64,000 bases of DNA from Ranitomeya imitator (GCF_032444005.1 NC_091282.1:111476001-111540000); one strand, 5' to 3'. Shown: positions 36,046-50,021, numbered from the stretch's first letter. Made by a program: numbers and translations. The notes: generated by a model not told the origin, from the letters alone.

Positions 36046-39000
36046 TTATTATTATTATTATTCATTTTTATAGCACCATTTATTCCATGGCACTTTACAT
36101 GTGAATGGGGCAAATATAGACAAGTACAATAAACATGAGTAAAACAAGGCACACACAAGTACAGGAGGAGAGAGGACCCTGCCCGCGAGGGCTCACAGTC
36201 TACAGGGGATGGGTGAGGATACACTAGGTGAGGGTAGAGCTGATCATGTGGCGGTTCAGTATACTAGGGATCACTTCAGGTTGTAGGCTTGTCGGAAGAG
36301 GTGGGTCTTCAGGTTCCTTTTGAAGGTTTCCGTGGTAGGTGAGAGCCTGATGTGTTGGGGTAGAGAGTTCCAGAGTATAGGGGAAGCACGGGAGAAGTCT
36401 TGGATGCGGTTGTGGGAGGAAGAGATGAGAGAGGAGTAAACAAGGAGATCATGAGATGATCGAAGGTTGCGTGTAGGTAGGTAACGGGAGACCATGTCAC
36501 AGATGTATGGATGAGTCAGATTGTGAATGGCTTTGTATGTCATTGTTAGTGTTTAGCCTCTGGGCAATAGGAAGCCAGTGAAGGGCCTGGCAGAGAGGAG
36601 AGGCTGGGGAGTAATGGGGAGACAGGTGGATTAGTCGGGCAGCAGAGTTTAGGATGGATTGGATTGGTGGGAGATGATAAGGGCATGTACTGGTGTTTTT
36701 GTGGTTTCAAGGTCAAGGAATGCACGGCTCTGAGAAATGTTTTTGAGCTGGAATCAGCAAGAGGAGGCAAGGGCTTGGATATGTGGCTTGAAAGAGAGGG
36801 TAGAGTCAAGGATCACCCCAAGGTACCGAGCGTGCGGGACCGGGGAAAGTGAGCAGCCATTGACATTGATGAATAGGTCGGGTGGAGGGGTAGAATGAGG
36901 TGGGAAAAAGATGATGAATTCTGTTTTGTCCATGTTCAGTTTTAGAAAACGAGCAGAAAAGAAGGATGAAATAGCAGACAGACATTGTGGGATTTTGGTC
37001 AGTAAGGAAGTGAGGTCGGGTCCAGATAGGTAGATCTGCGTGTCATCAGCGTAGAGATGATATTGTAAACCGTGGAATTCTATGAGTTGTCCAAGGCCGA
37101 AGGTGTAGATGGAGAAGAGTAGGGGTCCTAGAACTGAGCCTTGGGGAACACCGACAGGGGGCGAGATGAGGAGGTGGTGTGGGAGAGGGAGACACTGAAT
37201 GTCCGGTCTGTTAGATATGATGAGATCCAGGATAGGGCCAAGTCTGTGATGCCAAGAGATGAGAGAATCTGTAACAGGAGGGAGTGGTCCACAGTGTCAA
37301 AGGCAGAAGACAGGTCCAGGAGGAGGAGGACAGAGTAGTGTCGCTTGCTCTTGGCGGTTAGTAGGTCATTGGTCACTTTAGTTAGGGCAGTTTCAGTTGA
37401 GTGATGTGTTCGGAAGCCAGATTGTAACCGGTCAAAGAGGGAGCAGGACGAGAGATGGGAGGACAGTTCAAGATGGACATGCTGTTCCAGTAGTTTTGAG
37501 GCATAAGGGAGAAGGGATATCGGGCGATAGCTGGACACAGAGGATGGGTCGAGGGAGGGTTTTTTGAGAATATGTGTGATTGATACGTGTTTGAAGGATG
37601 AGGGGAACAGGGCCGGCTCCAGGTTTTTGAGGGCCCCGGGCGAAAGAGTCTCAGTGGGCCCCCCTTTAACACATACCACGATTCATGATCGCATATAAAC
37701 ACAGCCATGTAGTATATAGCACAACCCACGTAGTATATAGCACAGCCACGTAGAATATAACACAGCCATGTAGTATATAACAGCCCACATAGCATATAAC
37801 TCAGCCACGTAGTATATAGCACAGCCCATGTATCATATAACAGCCCATATAGTATATAACACGGCCCACATAGTTTATAGAACAGCCATGTAGTATACAG
37901 CACAGCCCACACAGTAGTATATAGCACAGCCTACACAGTGGTATATAGCACAGCCCACACAGTAGTATATAGCACAGCCCACACAGTAGTATACAGCACT
38001 GGCCACACAGTAGTATACAGCACTGCCCACATAGTAGTATATAGTACTGCCCACATAGTATATAGCAGCCCACGTAGTATATAACAGCCCACATAGTATA
38101 TAACACTGCCCACGTAGTATATAACACTGCCCACGTAGTATATAGCAGCCCATGTAGTATATAGCAGCCAACGTAGTATATAGCAGCCCACGTAGCATAT
38201 AGCAGACCATGTAGTATATAGCAGCCCACGTAGTATATATAAGCCTATGTAGTATATAGCAGCCCACGTAGCATATAGCAGCCCACGTAGCATATAGCAG
38301 CCCATGTAGTATATAGCAGCCCATGTAGTATATAGCAGCCCACGTAGCATATAGCAGCCCACGTAGCATATAGCAGCCCACGTAGCATATAGCAGCCCAC
38401 GTAGCATATAGCAGCCCACATAGTATATAGCAGCCCACTCATTCTCTGGGCACTGGATGGTCGGAAGTCACTCTGCTCTGCGTATCCATGGCAACGGATT
38501 GTGGGCGGCTGTTCAGCAGCTGCAGTGCAAAAGTCCCAGAGCTCCGGGCTGCCTCCTCTCTTCTAGCATGCACCTCTGACCGCAGATTCCTGCCTCAGGG
38601 GCCGCATGCGGGCAGCCTGCACCTAACGCCGGCCCTGAATGGGCCACCCTGTATCGCCAGGGCCCCGGCACTTGCCCGGGTACGCCGGGTGCTGACGCCG
38701 GCCCTGGAGGGGAAGACACCATTTGTAAGTGAGAGGTTGAAGAGTTGTGTTAGGGTTGGGATGAAGACTTTTGCGAGGTTAGGGATGAGGTGGGACGCGA
38801 GCTGGTCAAGGGTGCAAGTGGTGAGATGTGATCTTGATAGAAGGATGGAGAGCTGATCGTCTGTCATGGTGGAGAAGCTGGCTTTGGAACCAGGCTGAGA
38901 AGTCAAGAGGAGGGGCATTAGGGGCTGCGGGCCATAGCTTTGTCTGATGTTATCTATCTTCTGCTTAAAGAAAGAGGCAAATTATTCAGCTAAAATGAGA

Positions 39001-40780
39001 GGGGAGAGAGGAGATGCTTGGGGACGGAGTAGAGAATTGAAAGTGTTGAAGAGCTGTTTAGGGTTGTGAGTCAGGGAGGATATGAGAGATGAGAAGTAAG
39101 TTTGTTTTGCGGCAGTGAGCGCGGACATGAAGCTGGCGAGGGACTGCTTGTATGCAGTAAAGTGCTCAGCACCGTTCAGCGATCCTGGAAACCCGTCTCA
39201 GTTCTTTGGCCAGGCTGGTTAGCCAGGGCTGCCTGTTGATTATACGAGTTTTGCTATGCATGAGTGGGGCGGCCGAATCGAGTGTTGCTGTTATTGTGGT
39301 GTTATAAAAGAGGTAGCAGCATCTGTGTCATGGAAGGAAGCTATGTCTGTAAGAGGGAGAAGGGACTCAGAGAGTGATTGTAAATTGAGGTGTTTGAGAT
39401 TTATGCAAGGGTGAGTGAGTTTGTGGAGTGGAGGTTGCGCGCTAGGAGGGGAGAGAGAGAGAAGAAAATGTCAGTAGGTTGTGGTCAGACAAGGGGAGGG
39501 GTGAGTTAGTGAGACTAGTAAGGGAACAGAGGCGGGTGAATTTGAGGTCCAATGTGTGGACATCTTTATGGGTGGCTACAGATGACCATTGAGTGAGACC
39601 AAAGGAGACAGTGAGCGATAAAAGTTTAGAGGTGGCTGAGGTGGAAGTGTCAATGGGGATATTGAAGTCACCCATGATGATAATGGGGATGTCGGCTGAG
39701 AGAAAATGAAGTAGCCAGGTGGTGAAGTGGTAAAGAAAGGTTGAGATGGCTAGTTCTGGGGGGCAGTAGATGACAGCCAGCTGGAGATTAGAGGGGGAGT
39801 AGATGCGGACAGAGTGCACCTCGAACGAGGGAAGAGTAGCAGCGGGTGGTAGTGGAATTGGGGTAAAGGAGCAGGTATCGGACAGGAGCAAGCCAACCCC
39901 TCCACCATGTTTGTTGCTGGGGCGAGGGGTGTGAGAGAGGTGGAATCCACCATAGGAAAGAGTGGCTGGAGAGGTAAGCCAGGTCTCAGTGATGCCGAGG
40001 AAGGAGAGTTTGTTATTGATAAAGAGGTCGTGGATAAATGACAGTTTATTGCAGACAGAGCGTGCATTCCATAGTGCTCCAGGTAGGGAAATTGGGGGAT
40101 TGGGGGCTGGATGAATGGGTATGAGGTTACTGTGGTTGTGAAGACGTGTAGAGGATCGTGGCAGGGGATTAGAAATGAGTGTGGGATGTGATGAGGAGGG
40201 CCAGGATTTGGGGATATGTCGCCAGCAATGAGGAGCAGTAGACAGAGCGTTAGAAGTTGTGAGCTGGATAGGTCATGATGTGGTCGTGTGTGTCTGGAGA
40301 AAATGGATTGTATGTGGAGGAACAGTTCTGTGGAGGAGGTGAGGTGGCTGAAAAGGATGGAGGAAGAAATGACTGGTTCCTTACTGGGTGGAGGGATTAC
40401 AGGAGATAGGAAGAAATAAAGTAGTATGGGGGTGAATGTAAAAAGAAGCCGAAACATTATAGTAGTTTTCTATTCTTTTACCTTACAGTCAATTCCAGTC
40501 AATTTCTAGTCTAATTCATAGTAATTAAAAATCTGTAATGTAAAAGATGGAATTTCAAAGATGGTCAGACACGTCTGGTCAGACTCATGGCTTTGAATTT
40601 ATGTGCACCTAAGGGCTCACAGCTGAGAGGGGGGATGTGGGAGTGTGTGTCAAGAGCACATGTTCACAGTTAAGCCAGGTCATAAAGAGGGGGTGGGGTA
40701 GATTGGCCACTCAGGTATGCAAGGAAGACACAAGAGGAGTGAAGTACATATGGATAGAAAATAATGGGTAAGCAAAGCAT
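36046..40780 (-). mobile_element. Near full-length decayed L2 LINE (APE endonuclease plus RT)
   Basis: (TAA)n tail at 36046; YADD at ~37040; [15 protein letters not shown]; IMGDFNIP and SDHNLL (APE). 5' boundary approximate. Confidence 0.92.
37608..38706. mobile_element. hAT-type MITE with internal ~19-22 bp minisatellite
   Basis: TIR CAGGGCCGGC; 8-bp TSD GAGGGGAA; (GTAGTATATAGCAGCCCAC)n interior. Confidence 0.93.
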
Positions 40781-41145
40781 ACCAGGTGGCAATTACATGC
40801 ACTTCATATAGACAGACATTGCAGGAAAAGCTGAGTAGATATTTGTAAATTGATGAATGGTTGCTATTTACCTCTTATATCAGCTCCTATGGTTTATTGT
40901 CTGCTATCTTTGCAAGACAGTGATTCAAGGTCATTGAACAATGAATGTTTGCTTAATTTGTTGAGTGACCATTGTGAGGGAACTGTGGCTTGCTGACTTG
41001 TAAAACAGAGGAGTAAAAACTAGGCAAAAATTATTAAATAGTCAAACAAAGCAAGTTAATCTCATTACATCTTTCTCTTGACTCCTGGATAATGGATTGA
41101 AGGACAACAATTGTGAACTATATAAAGGGGATATGTCTCTGGAAC

Positions 41146-41398
41146 CAGGGCCGGCTCCAGGTTTTTGAGGGCCCCGGGCGAAAGAGTCTCAGTGGGCCCC
41201 CCCTTTAACACATACCACGATTCATGATCGCATATAAACACAGCCATGTAGTATATAGCACAGCCCACATAGTATATAGCACAGCCACGTAGCATATAAC
41301 ACAGCCATGTAGTATATAACAGCCCACGTAGCATATAACACAGCCACGTAGTATATAGTACAGCCCATCTATATATATAATTGTCTAAGGGTTTTTCC

Positions 41399-41429
<31 letters not shown>

Positions 41430-42670
41430 CTGGAAATCCCGGCTCTCTGATTGGTCGAGGCCGCCAGGCCTCGACCAATCAGAGACCGGCACAGCATCGA
41501 CGTAGAAATCCCGCGTCTCTGATTGGTCGAGGCCGCCAGGCCTCGACCAATCAGCAGCGGGCACAGCGACGATGATGTCATAATGGTTGCCATGGCGACG
41601 ATGATGTCATAAAGGTTGCCTCGACCAATCAGCGATGGGCACAGTCTGCCGCGAATTCTGGAATCATCATTGTCCATATACTACGGGGACATGCATATTC
41701 TAGAATACCCGATGCGTTAGAATCGGGCCACAATCTAGTGTATCATATAACAGCCCATATAGTATATAACAAGGCCCACGTAGTTTATAGAACAGCCATG
41801 TAGTATACAGCACAGCCCACATAGTAGTTTACAACACTGCCCACACAGTAGTATATAGCACAGCCCACACAGTGGTATATAGCACAGCCCACACAGTAGT
41901 ATACAGCACTGGCCACACAGTAGTATACAGCACTGCCCACATAGTATATAGCAGCCCACGTAGTATATAACACTGCCCACGTAGTATATAACACTGCCCA
42001 CATAGTATATAACACTGCCCACGTAGTATATAGCAGCCAACGTAGTATATAGCAGCCCACGTAGCATATAGCAGACCATGTAGTATATAGCAGCCCACGT
42101 AGTATATAGCAGCCTATGTAGTATATAGCAGACCACGTAGCATATAGCAGCCCACGTACCATATAGCAGCCCACGTAGCATATAGCAGACCATGTAGTAT
42201 ATAGCAGCCCACGTAGTATATAGCAGCCTATGTAGTATATAGCAGACCACGTAGCATATAGCAGCCCACGTACCATATAGCAGCCCACGTAGTATATAGC
42301 AGCCCACGTAGTATATAGCAGCCCACGTAGCATATAGCAGCCCACGTAGCATATAGCAGCCAACGTAGCATATTGCAGCCCACATAGTATATAGCAGCCC
42401 ACTCATTCTCTGGGCACTGGACGGTCGGAAGTCACTCTGCTCTGCGTATCCATGGCGACAGATTGTGGGCGGCTATCCAGCAGCTGCAGTGCAAAAGTCC
42501 CAGAGCTCCGTGCTGCCTCCTCACTTCTAGCATGCACCTCGGACTGCAGATTCCTGCCTCAGGGGCCGCATGCGGGCAGCCTGCACCTAACGCCGGCCCT
42601 GAATGGGCCCCCCTGTATCGCCAGGGCCCCGGCACTTGCCCGGGTACGCCGGGTGCTGACGCCGGCCCTG
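41146..42670. mobile_element. hAT-type MITE, same family as 37608-38706
   Basis: TIR CAGGGCCGGC; 8-bp TSD TCTGGAAC. Confidence 0.93.
41368..41738 (+). mobile_element. Non-autonomous Helitron (371 bp)
   Basis: 5' TC, 3' CTAG, subterminal hairpin CCCGAT/ATCGGG (41708-41727); inserted between A and T with no TSD. Confidence 0.88.
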
Positions 42671-42679
42671 TCTGGAACA

Positions 42680-42990
42680 ATACTTCCAAGAGATCCAGAG
42701 ACTCTTTACAAAACCACAGCCAGGAACACTCTACAAGACAGCTGCCAGAAAGTCATGGCACCATCATGAGGAAAACAGATTTGACATTCTACATGATGCC
42801 AACTCAGGCAACCATGACCACAGCTGAAAGAATACAGTTATAGAAACTGAATTCCAGCTCATCCAATTGCTCTATGCTCATCCACCTGGGGCTCGGTACC
42901 AGCCTCGCCCTGGCCTCACATCAAGGAAAATTAAAAAAATTGGAATCCGGCTCAACAGGACTGGATTTTCCTTTTCTTTTTCTTTTTCAT
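42680..42990 (+). pseudogene. Possible L1 ORF1 C-terminal relic
   Basis: Frameshifted IMRK...RIQL...DFPF fragments resemble the vertebrate L1 ORF1 C-terminus; weak. Confidence 0.3.
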
Positions 42991-43149
42991 AAGAAAATAT
43001 GGTGCATACAAAAGAAAAATGTATTCATTTATGTCAATAAGGTATCTTCAATACTGTTGTGGTAGGTTTTCTCCCATGGATTGTTCACTTCATGTCTTTT
43101 CACAACATTACTGCATAACCCATATTTTATTAAGATTCAACTCATGGAC

Positions 43150-43585
43150 AGATGTCCTGAATCCTGATATTTTCTTCAAGAATTTTCTGATAAAATTCAG
43201 AGTTGATTGTTCCATCAATGATGGTAAGCCATACTGGTCCAGATAAAGCAAAAAAGGCTTAATCCATGATAGCGTGAGTTCTTTGTGCTGTATTGCAAAG
43301 TTTTTATTTTTCCAAATATTACTCCTCTAATTTACACTAAAAAGCTCTATTTTGGTCTCATCGGTCTGCAAAACATTGTTCCAATAGCCTTCTGACTTGG
43401 CCAGGTGATCTTTTGCAAACTCCAGATAGGAGAATAGTGGCTTTTTCCTTGCAATTCTGCCATGTACATCATGTCTATTTGGTGTCCTCCTGATGGTGGA
43501 CCCAACATTAACATTAGCTTATGTAAGATAGGTCTTTAGTTGCTTAGAAGATACCTTGGGTTACTTTATGACCTTGCAGATTATT
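43150..43585 (-). mobile_element. Tc1 transposase relic
   Basis: Sequence parallels the reverse-strand Tc1 at 31700-32150 (…CTCATCGGTC.CA.A.AC.TGTT.CCAA…). Confidence 0.6.
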
Positions 43586-43594
43586 ATACTGTAA

Positions 43595-43932
43595 GGATCT
43601 GTGCACACGTTGCGGACTTTGCTGCGGATCCACAGCGTTTCCGCAGCTGTGGATCCGCAGCAGTTTCCCATGCGTTTACAGTACAATGTAAACCTACGGG
43701 AAACGAAAACCGCAGTGCACATGCTGCGGAAAAAAACGCGTGGAAACGCAGCAGGATTATTTTCCGCAGCATGTCAATTCTTTCAGCGGAATCTGCAGCG
43801 GTTTTACATCTGCTCCAATAGAAAACTGCAGATGGAAAACCGCAGCGGAATCTGCAGTAGAAACCGCAATAAATCCGCAGTAAAAACCGCAGCGGTTTTG
43901 CACTGCAGTTTTTCAAAATCCGCTGCGGAAAA
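43595..43932. mobile_element. Harbinger-like MITE, right end missing
   Basis: TAA|GGATCTGTGCACACGTTGCGG left TIR; CCGCAG/CTGCGG-rich interior. Confidence 0.7.
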
Positions 43933-44315
43933 GTAGTTTTAGGTCAAATTTAAACACAAAGAGATTGTGAGTTCTTATTTAAGAATATTTGCAATTTTAC
44001 ATTTTTTTTTATTTCAGATGCATTGCAAAAAAATGACTGTGAAGATCTACCTCCTCACATTGACCAACTGCACCAAAAAGATAGGTCCAATGATTCAACA
44101 TAAAATTCTTGTGAATGACAATTATAAACTTTCAATGCACAAGACTGGCCACCTCTTCATTGAAGTATATGGACAGAAGCTGGGAATATGTAAACAGAGG
44201 TCATTCCCAGTAGATAAGGTGTCAGTTAGGACCTTGACCAGCTGAGGATTTATTTATTTTATTTTTGCCACATTTTTATTATCTGCAGGTCTTAAACCTT
44301 GCAGACTTAGCTTAA

Positions 44316-44600
44316 ATGGCCTCTGTCACCCCCTCCAGCTGTTATAAACTAAAAGAGCCACCTTGTGCAGCAGTAATGCTGCATTCTAACAAAGTGGCTC
44401 TTTTAGTTTTTGGTGCAGTTATTGCCAAAATAAAGCGTTTTATAATTTAGCAAAAATACCTTTCTTTAGCGAGGGAGGCAGGTCTTAACCCCCCTGCTGG
44501 AAACAGCACACTGCCGTCACTCAAATCTTCAGGTGTGTCGGGCACCGCCCCCTCCGCGCTGTTTTCCCATGAAATCCGGCGCCTGGCCGTCTGACCTCTC
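44316..44600. mobile_element. T2/Kolobok-like MITE, left half
   Basis: TTAA|ATGGCCTCTGTCACC start and internal inverted AAAAGAGCCAC/GTGGCTCTTTT. Confidence 0.5.
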
Positions 44601-45437
44601 ATGCAGTCTTGCAAACTGCGCCAGTGCGGCCAGTGCGGCCACCCACCTTGGGAATCCCAGCCCCGCACTGTGCATAATGGGCACACAGTCGGCGTACTGT
44701 TGGAAGCAGATCTTGCAGCTCCGGGTAGGTTTTGAGAAAACGCTGAACCACGAGGTTAAGCACATGGGCCTGGCAAGGTAGTGTGTGAGCTCGCCTCGCC
44801 TCAGAGCCCCCACCAGGTTCTGGCCATTGTCACACACGACCATGCCTGGCTGTAGGTTCAGCGGTGTCAACCACAGATCTGACTGCTCTTTCAGAGCTGT
44901 CCATTACTTTTCAGCATTGTGCGGTTTGTCACCTAAGTAGATTAGCTTCAGCACAGCATATTGGCGCTTGGCTGAGGCAGTGCTGCAGTGCTGCAGTGCT
45001 TCCAGCTTGTGACTGATGTACTACTTTCGGAGATGGAGGCTAAAGAGGAGGCGGAAGAGGAGATGCAGGAGCTGTAGATTGTGGAGGCAATCCAGATTGA
45101 CGTAGGACCCGCAATCCTCGGGGTTGGGAGTATGTGCACCATCCCAAGGTCAGACTGGGTCCCGACTTCCTTTTTGGAAGTGCATTTGAAAAGCAAGGTG
45201 GATTGCTGTTAAGGGAACTAGAGAAAAAAAAAATCTTTTAAATCTTCAGCATAGCGAGTGTGAGCGAGCTGAGTGTGAGCTGAGTGTAAGTGTGAATGGC
45301 GGTAAGTGTGACTTGTGATTCAGTGACTTTGGATTCAGGGAGTTTCCAAGGGAGGAATTGCTGTCTGTTTTTTTATTAACACTTTGTATTTATTTTTTTT
45401 ATTTAACTTTTCTGTCTGGTGCAATCCCCATTAGGAA

Positions 45438-46419
45438 ATGTGCTCCACTCTTGTTAATGCCATCCAGTGCACATCTTGCCATATGTATGCAATCCTTGAG
45501 CAGCCGATCGAGGGTGCATACTGCTGTGCAAGATGCGAGCACGTTGTGCATTTGGAAACCCAGATTCTGAATCTAAATGTGCAGCTGGCAACACTGAGAT
45601 CCATAGACAATATGGAGAGGAGTCTTCTGCTCACGGAGCAGATGCTCAATGGGATAGATGAGGGGGGGATGGTAGAATGGAGCTGCAGGATGGTGAAGTA
45701 GCAAGCTGGGTGACAGTTAGGAAGCGGGGTAGAGGGAAGAGTGCCAGAGAGGCTAGTCCTGATCTGGAACACCCCAATAAGTTTGCTAAGTTGGCAGATG
45801 AGGGGGGTGCCAGTACAGGGGTAGCACTGCTGCAGCCAGGCATGTCCTCTGAAAGCCGGAGGAATGACTGCTCCAGTAAGGAGGGAAATAGGAGCGCAGG
45901 GCAAGCCAGACAGGTGCTGGTAGTGGGCGACTCAATTATTAGGGGAACAGATAGGGCAATCTGTCACAAAGACAGGGATCGTCGAACGGTGTGCTGCCTA
46001 CCTGGCGCTCGAGTCCGACACATCGCTGATCGGGTGGACAGATTACTGGGAGGGGCTGGTGAGGACACAGCGGTCATGGTGCACATTGGCACAAATGACA
46101 AAGTTAGAGGTAGGTGGAAGGTCCTTAAAGATGATTTCAGGGACTTAGGCCGCAAGCTGAAAGCAAGGACCTACAACGTGGTATTTTCCGAAATACTGCC
46201 TTACCACGTGCCACGCCAGAGAGGCAACGGGAGATTAGGGAGGTTAATAAGCGGCTCAAGAATTGGTGTAGGAAGGAGGAGTTTGGGTTCCTGCAGAACT
46301 GGGCCGACTTCTTAGTTGGCTACAGGCTCTACGCTAGGGACGGGCTGCACCTCAATGGGGAGAGTGCAGCTGTGCTGGGGGAGAAAATGGCTAGAAGGTT
46401 GGAGGAGTGTTTAAACTAG
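45438..46419 (+). pseudogene. CR1 ORF1: zinc finger/leucine zipper plus SGNH esterase, frameshifted
   Basis: C..C..Y....C..C; VVGDSIIRG, VHIGTND, DGLHLN motifs. Confidence 0.9.
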
Positions 46420-46574
46420 GAATTGGGGGAGGGTATTCATTTTATAGGAGGGGAAGATAGTGCAGATAGAGACCTGGGCACAAATAAGGAAGTTGGGGGT
46501 GGCAGTGGCATGCGGGTGGGGTTAGAACAGTTAATAATTTAAGAAACAGAGGTACAGAGAGGAACATCAAGTGC

Positions 46575-49341
46575 ATGTATACTAATGCCAGAAGCCTCGC
46601 CAACAAAATGGACGAATTAGAACTAATGTTGTTGGAGCATAATTATGACATCGTGGGGATATCTGAAAAGTGGCTGGATGAGAGCCATGACTGGGCTGTT
46701 AACTTGCAGGGCTATAGCCTGTTCAGAAATGACCGCACAGATAAGCGAGGGGGTGGGGTGTCTCTGTATGTAAAATTGTCCTTAAAACCCATCCTGCATA
46801 ATAATATAAATGAAAATGTAGAATCCCTGTGGATGGAGATAAGGGGAGGGGCAAAAAATAATAAATTACTGATAGGGGTTTGTTATAAATCTCCAAAAAT
46901 AATGGAAGCAATGGAGAATATCCTCGTAAAGCAAATAGATGAAGCTGCGACTCAAGGAGAAGTCATTATTATGGGGGACTTCAACTACCCTGAAATAGAT
47001 TGGGGAACAGAAACCTGCAGTTCCAGCAAAGGTAATCGGTTTTTGACAACTATGAGAGACAATTACCTTTCACAACTGGTTCAGGACCCAACAAGAAGGG
47101 GGGCACTGCTAGACCTAATATTAACCAACAGGCCAGACCGCAGATCAAATATAAGGGTTGGGGGTCACTTGGGGAATAGTGATCACAAAATAATAAGTTT
47201 TCATGTATCCTTTAAAAAGATGTGTAATAGAGGGGTTACAAGGACACTAAACTTCAGGAGGGCAAATTTCCAACGGATGAGAGAGGATCTTGGTGCAATT
47301 AACTGGGACGATATCCTGAGACACAAAAATACACAAAGAAAATGGGAGACATTTATTAGCATCCTGGATAGGACCTGTGCACAGTATATACCGTATGGGA
47401 ATAAACATACTAGAAATAGGAGGAAACCAATATGGCTAAATAGAGCTGTAAGGGGCCCAATAAGTGACAAAAAGAAAGCATTTAGAGAATTAAAGGAAGT
47501 AAGTAGTGAGGAGGCATTAAATAAATACAAAAAATTAAATAAATTCTGTAAAAAGCAAATCAAGGCAGCAAAGATTGAGACAAAGAGACTCATTGCCAGA
47601 GAGAGTAAAAATAATCCTAAAATATTCTTTAACTACATAAATAGTAAGAAACTAAAAAATGATAGTGTTGGCCCCCTTAAAAATAGTCTGGGTGAAATGG
47701 TGGATGAGGATGAGGAAAAAGCCAATATGCTAAATGACTTTTTTTCATCAGTATTTACACAAGAAAATCCCATGGCAGACAAAATGACTAGTGATAAAAA
47801 TTCCCAATTAAATGTCACCTGCTTAACCCAGCAGGAAGTGCGGCGGCGTCTAAAGATCACTGAAATTGACAAATCTCCGGGCCCGGATGGGATATACCCT
47901 TGAGTACTGCAGGAATTAAGTACAGTCATTGATAGACCATTATTTTTAATCTTTAAAGACTCCATAATAACAGGGTCTGTACCACAGGACTGGCGTATAG
48001 CAAATGTGGTGCCAATATTCAAAAAGGGGACAAAACCGAACTCGGAAATTATAGGCCAGTAAGCTTAACCTCTACTGTGGGTAAAATCCTGGAGGGCATG
48101 CTAAGGGATGCTATACTGGAGTATCTGAAGAGGAATAACCTCATGACCCAGTATCAGCACGGGTTTACTAGGGACCGTTCATGTCAGACTAATCTCATCA
48201 GGTTCTATGAAGAGGTAAGTTCCGGATTGGACCAAGGAAACCCAGTGGATGTAGTGTATATGGACTTTTCAAAATCTTTTGATACGGTGCCACACAAAAG
48301 GTTGATACATAAAATGAGAATAATGGGGATAGGGGAAAATATGTGCAAGTGGGTTGAGAGCTGGCTCAGGGATAGGAAACAAAGGGTGGTTATTAATGGA
48401 GCACACTCGGACTGGGTAGCGGTTAGCAGTGGGGTATCACAGGGGTCAGTATTGGGCCCTCTTCTTTTTAACATATTTATTAATGACCTTGTAGGGGGCA
48501 TTCAGAGTAGAATTTCAATATTTGCAGATGACACTAAACTCTGCAGGGTAATCAATACAGAGGAGGACAATTTTATATTACAGGATGATTTATGTAAACT
48601 AGAAGCTTGGGCTGATAAATGACAAATGAGCTTTAATGGGGATAAATGTAAGGTCATGCACTTGGGTAGAAGTAATAAGATGTATAATTATGTGCTTAAT
48701 TCTAAAACTCTGGGCAAAATCGTCAATGAAAAAGACCTGGGTGTATGGGTGGATGACAAACTCATATTCAGTGGCCAGTGTCAGGCAGCTGCTACAAAGG
48801 CAAATAAAATAATGGGATGCATTAAAAGAGTCATATATGCTCATGAAGAGAACATAATTTTACCTCTAAACAAGTCACTAGTTCGACCACACTTAGAATA
48901 CTGTGCACAGTTCTGGTCTCCGGTGTATAAGAAAGACATAGCTGAACTAGAGCAGGTGCAGAGAAGAGCGACCAAGGTTATTAGAGGACTGGGGGTCTGC
49001 AATACCAAGATAGGTTATTACACTTGGGGCTATTTAGTTTGGAAAACCGAAGACTAAGGGGTGATCTTATTTTAATGTATAAATATATGAGGGGACAGTA
49101 CAAAGACCTTTCTGATGATCTTTTTAATCATAGACCTGAAACAGGGACAAGGGGGCACCCTCTGCGTTTGGAGGAAAAAAGGTTTAAGCATAATAACAGA
49201 CGCGGATTCTTTACTGTAAGAGCAGAGAGACTATGGAACTCTCTACCGTATAATGTTGTAATGAGTGATTCATTACTTAAATTTAAGAGGTGACTGGATA
49301 CCTTTCTGGAAAAGTATAATGTTACAGGGTATATATACTAG
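46575..49341 (+). pseudogene. CR1 ORF2: APE endonuclease plus reverse transcriptase
   Basis: YTNARSL, MGDFNYP, LLDLILTN, SDH; SGVSQGSVLGP, FADDTKL; C-terminal FFTVR..WN.LP. Confidence 0.95.
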
Positions 49342-50021
49342 ATTCCTTGATAGGGCGTTGATCCAGGGAACTAGTTTGATTGCCGTATGTGGAGTCGGGT
49401 AGGAATTTTTTTCCCCAATGTGGAGCTTATTATTTGCCACATGGGTTTTTTTGCCTTCCTCTGGATCAACAAGTTAGGGCATGTTAGGTTAGGCTATGGG
49501 TTGAACTAGATGGACTTATAGTCTTCCCTCAACCTTAATAACTATGTAACTATGTTAAACCAGTGTGCTGTCTGTGAGATCTACTGTCCCTGCCCACAAG
49601 CACTTGTCCACGTGTCCGTGGTTAGGTGGACTTTTCCAGCAACAGCATTGTTAAGGGCACGGCTAATATTGTGGGACACATGCTTGTGTAATGCCAAGAC
49701 AGCACACTGGGAGAAATAGTGGCGGCTGGGGACTGAATACCTTGGCACGGGCACTGCCATCAGGTTGTGGAAAGCTTCGCTCTCCATGAGCCTAAAAGGC
49801 AACATTTTGAGCACAAGCAGATGTGAAATTTGTCAATTTAGTACTGTGGCTGGGTGGGGTGTTGGAGGCGTACTTCCGCTTGCGTTCCAAAGACTGTGGA
49901 ATGGACAACTGAAGGCTGCACTGGAACAAGGACGTGTATGAGCTCGATGATGGTGCTAGTTGAGTCTGGGTAACAGGAGGTGCAGGGCATGAGGCATCTT
50001 CACATGCACTGTGGACAGGAG

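Larger units (their letters stand above)
45171..49556 (+). mobile_element. Full-length CR1 LINE (5'UTR, ORF1, ORF2, ACTATGT tail), inactivated
   Basis: Both ORFs recognisable; in-frame stops at 47903, 48622 and 49293, plus frameshifts. Confidence 0.96.

Noticed and set aside
37382-38442. Cys/Tyr-rich keratin-associated-like ORFs (also 41735-42406)
   Set aside because: Translations of the MITE minisatellite, open in several frames.
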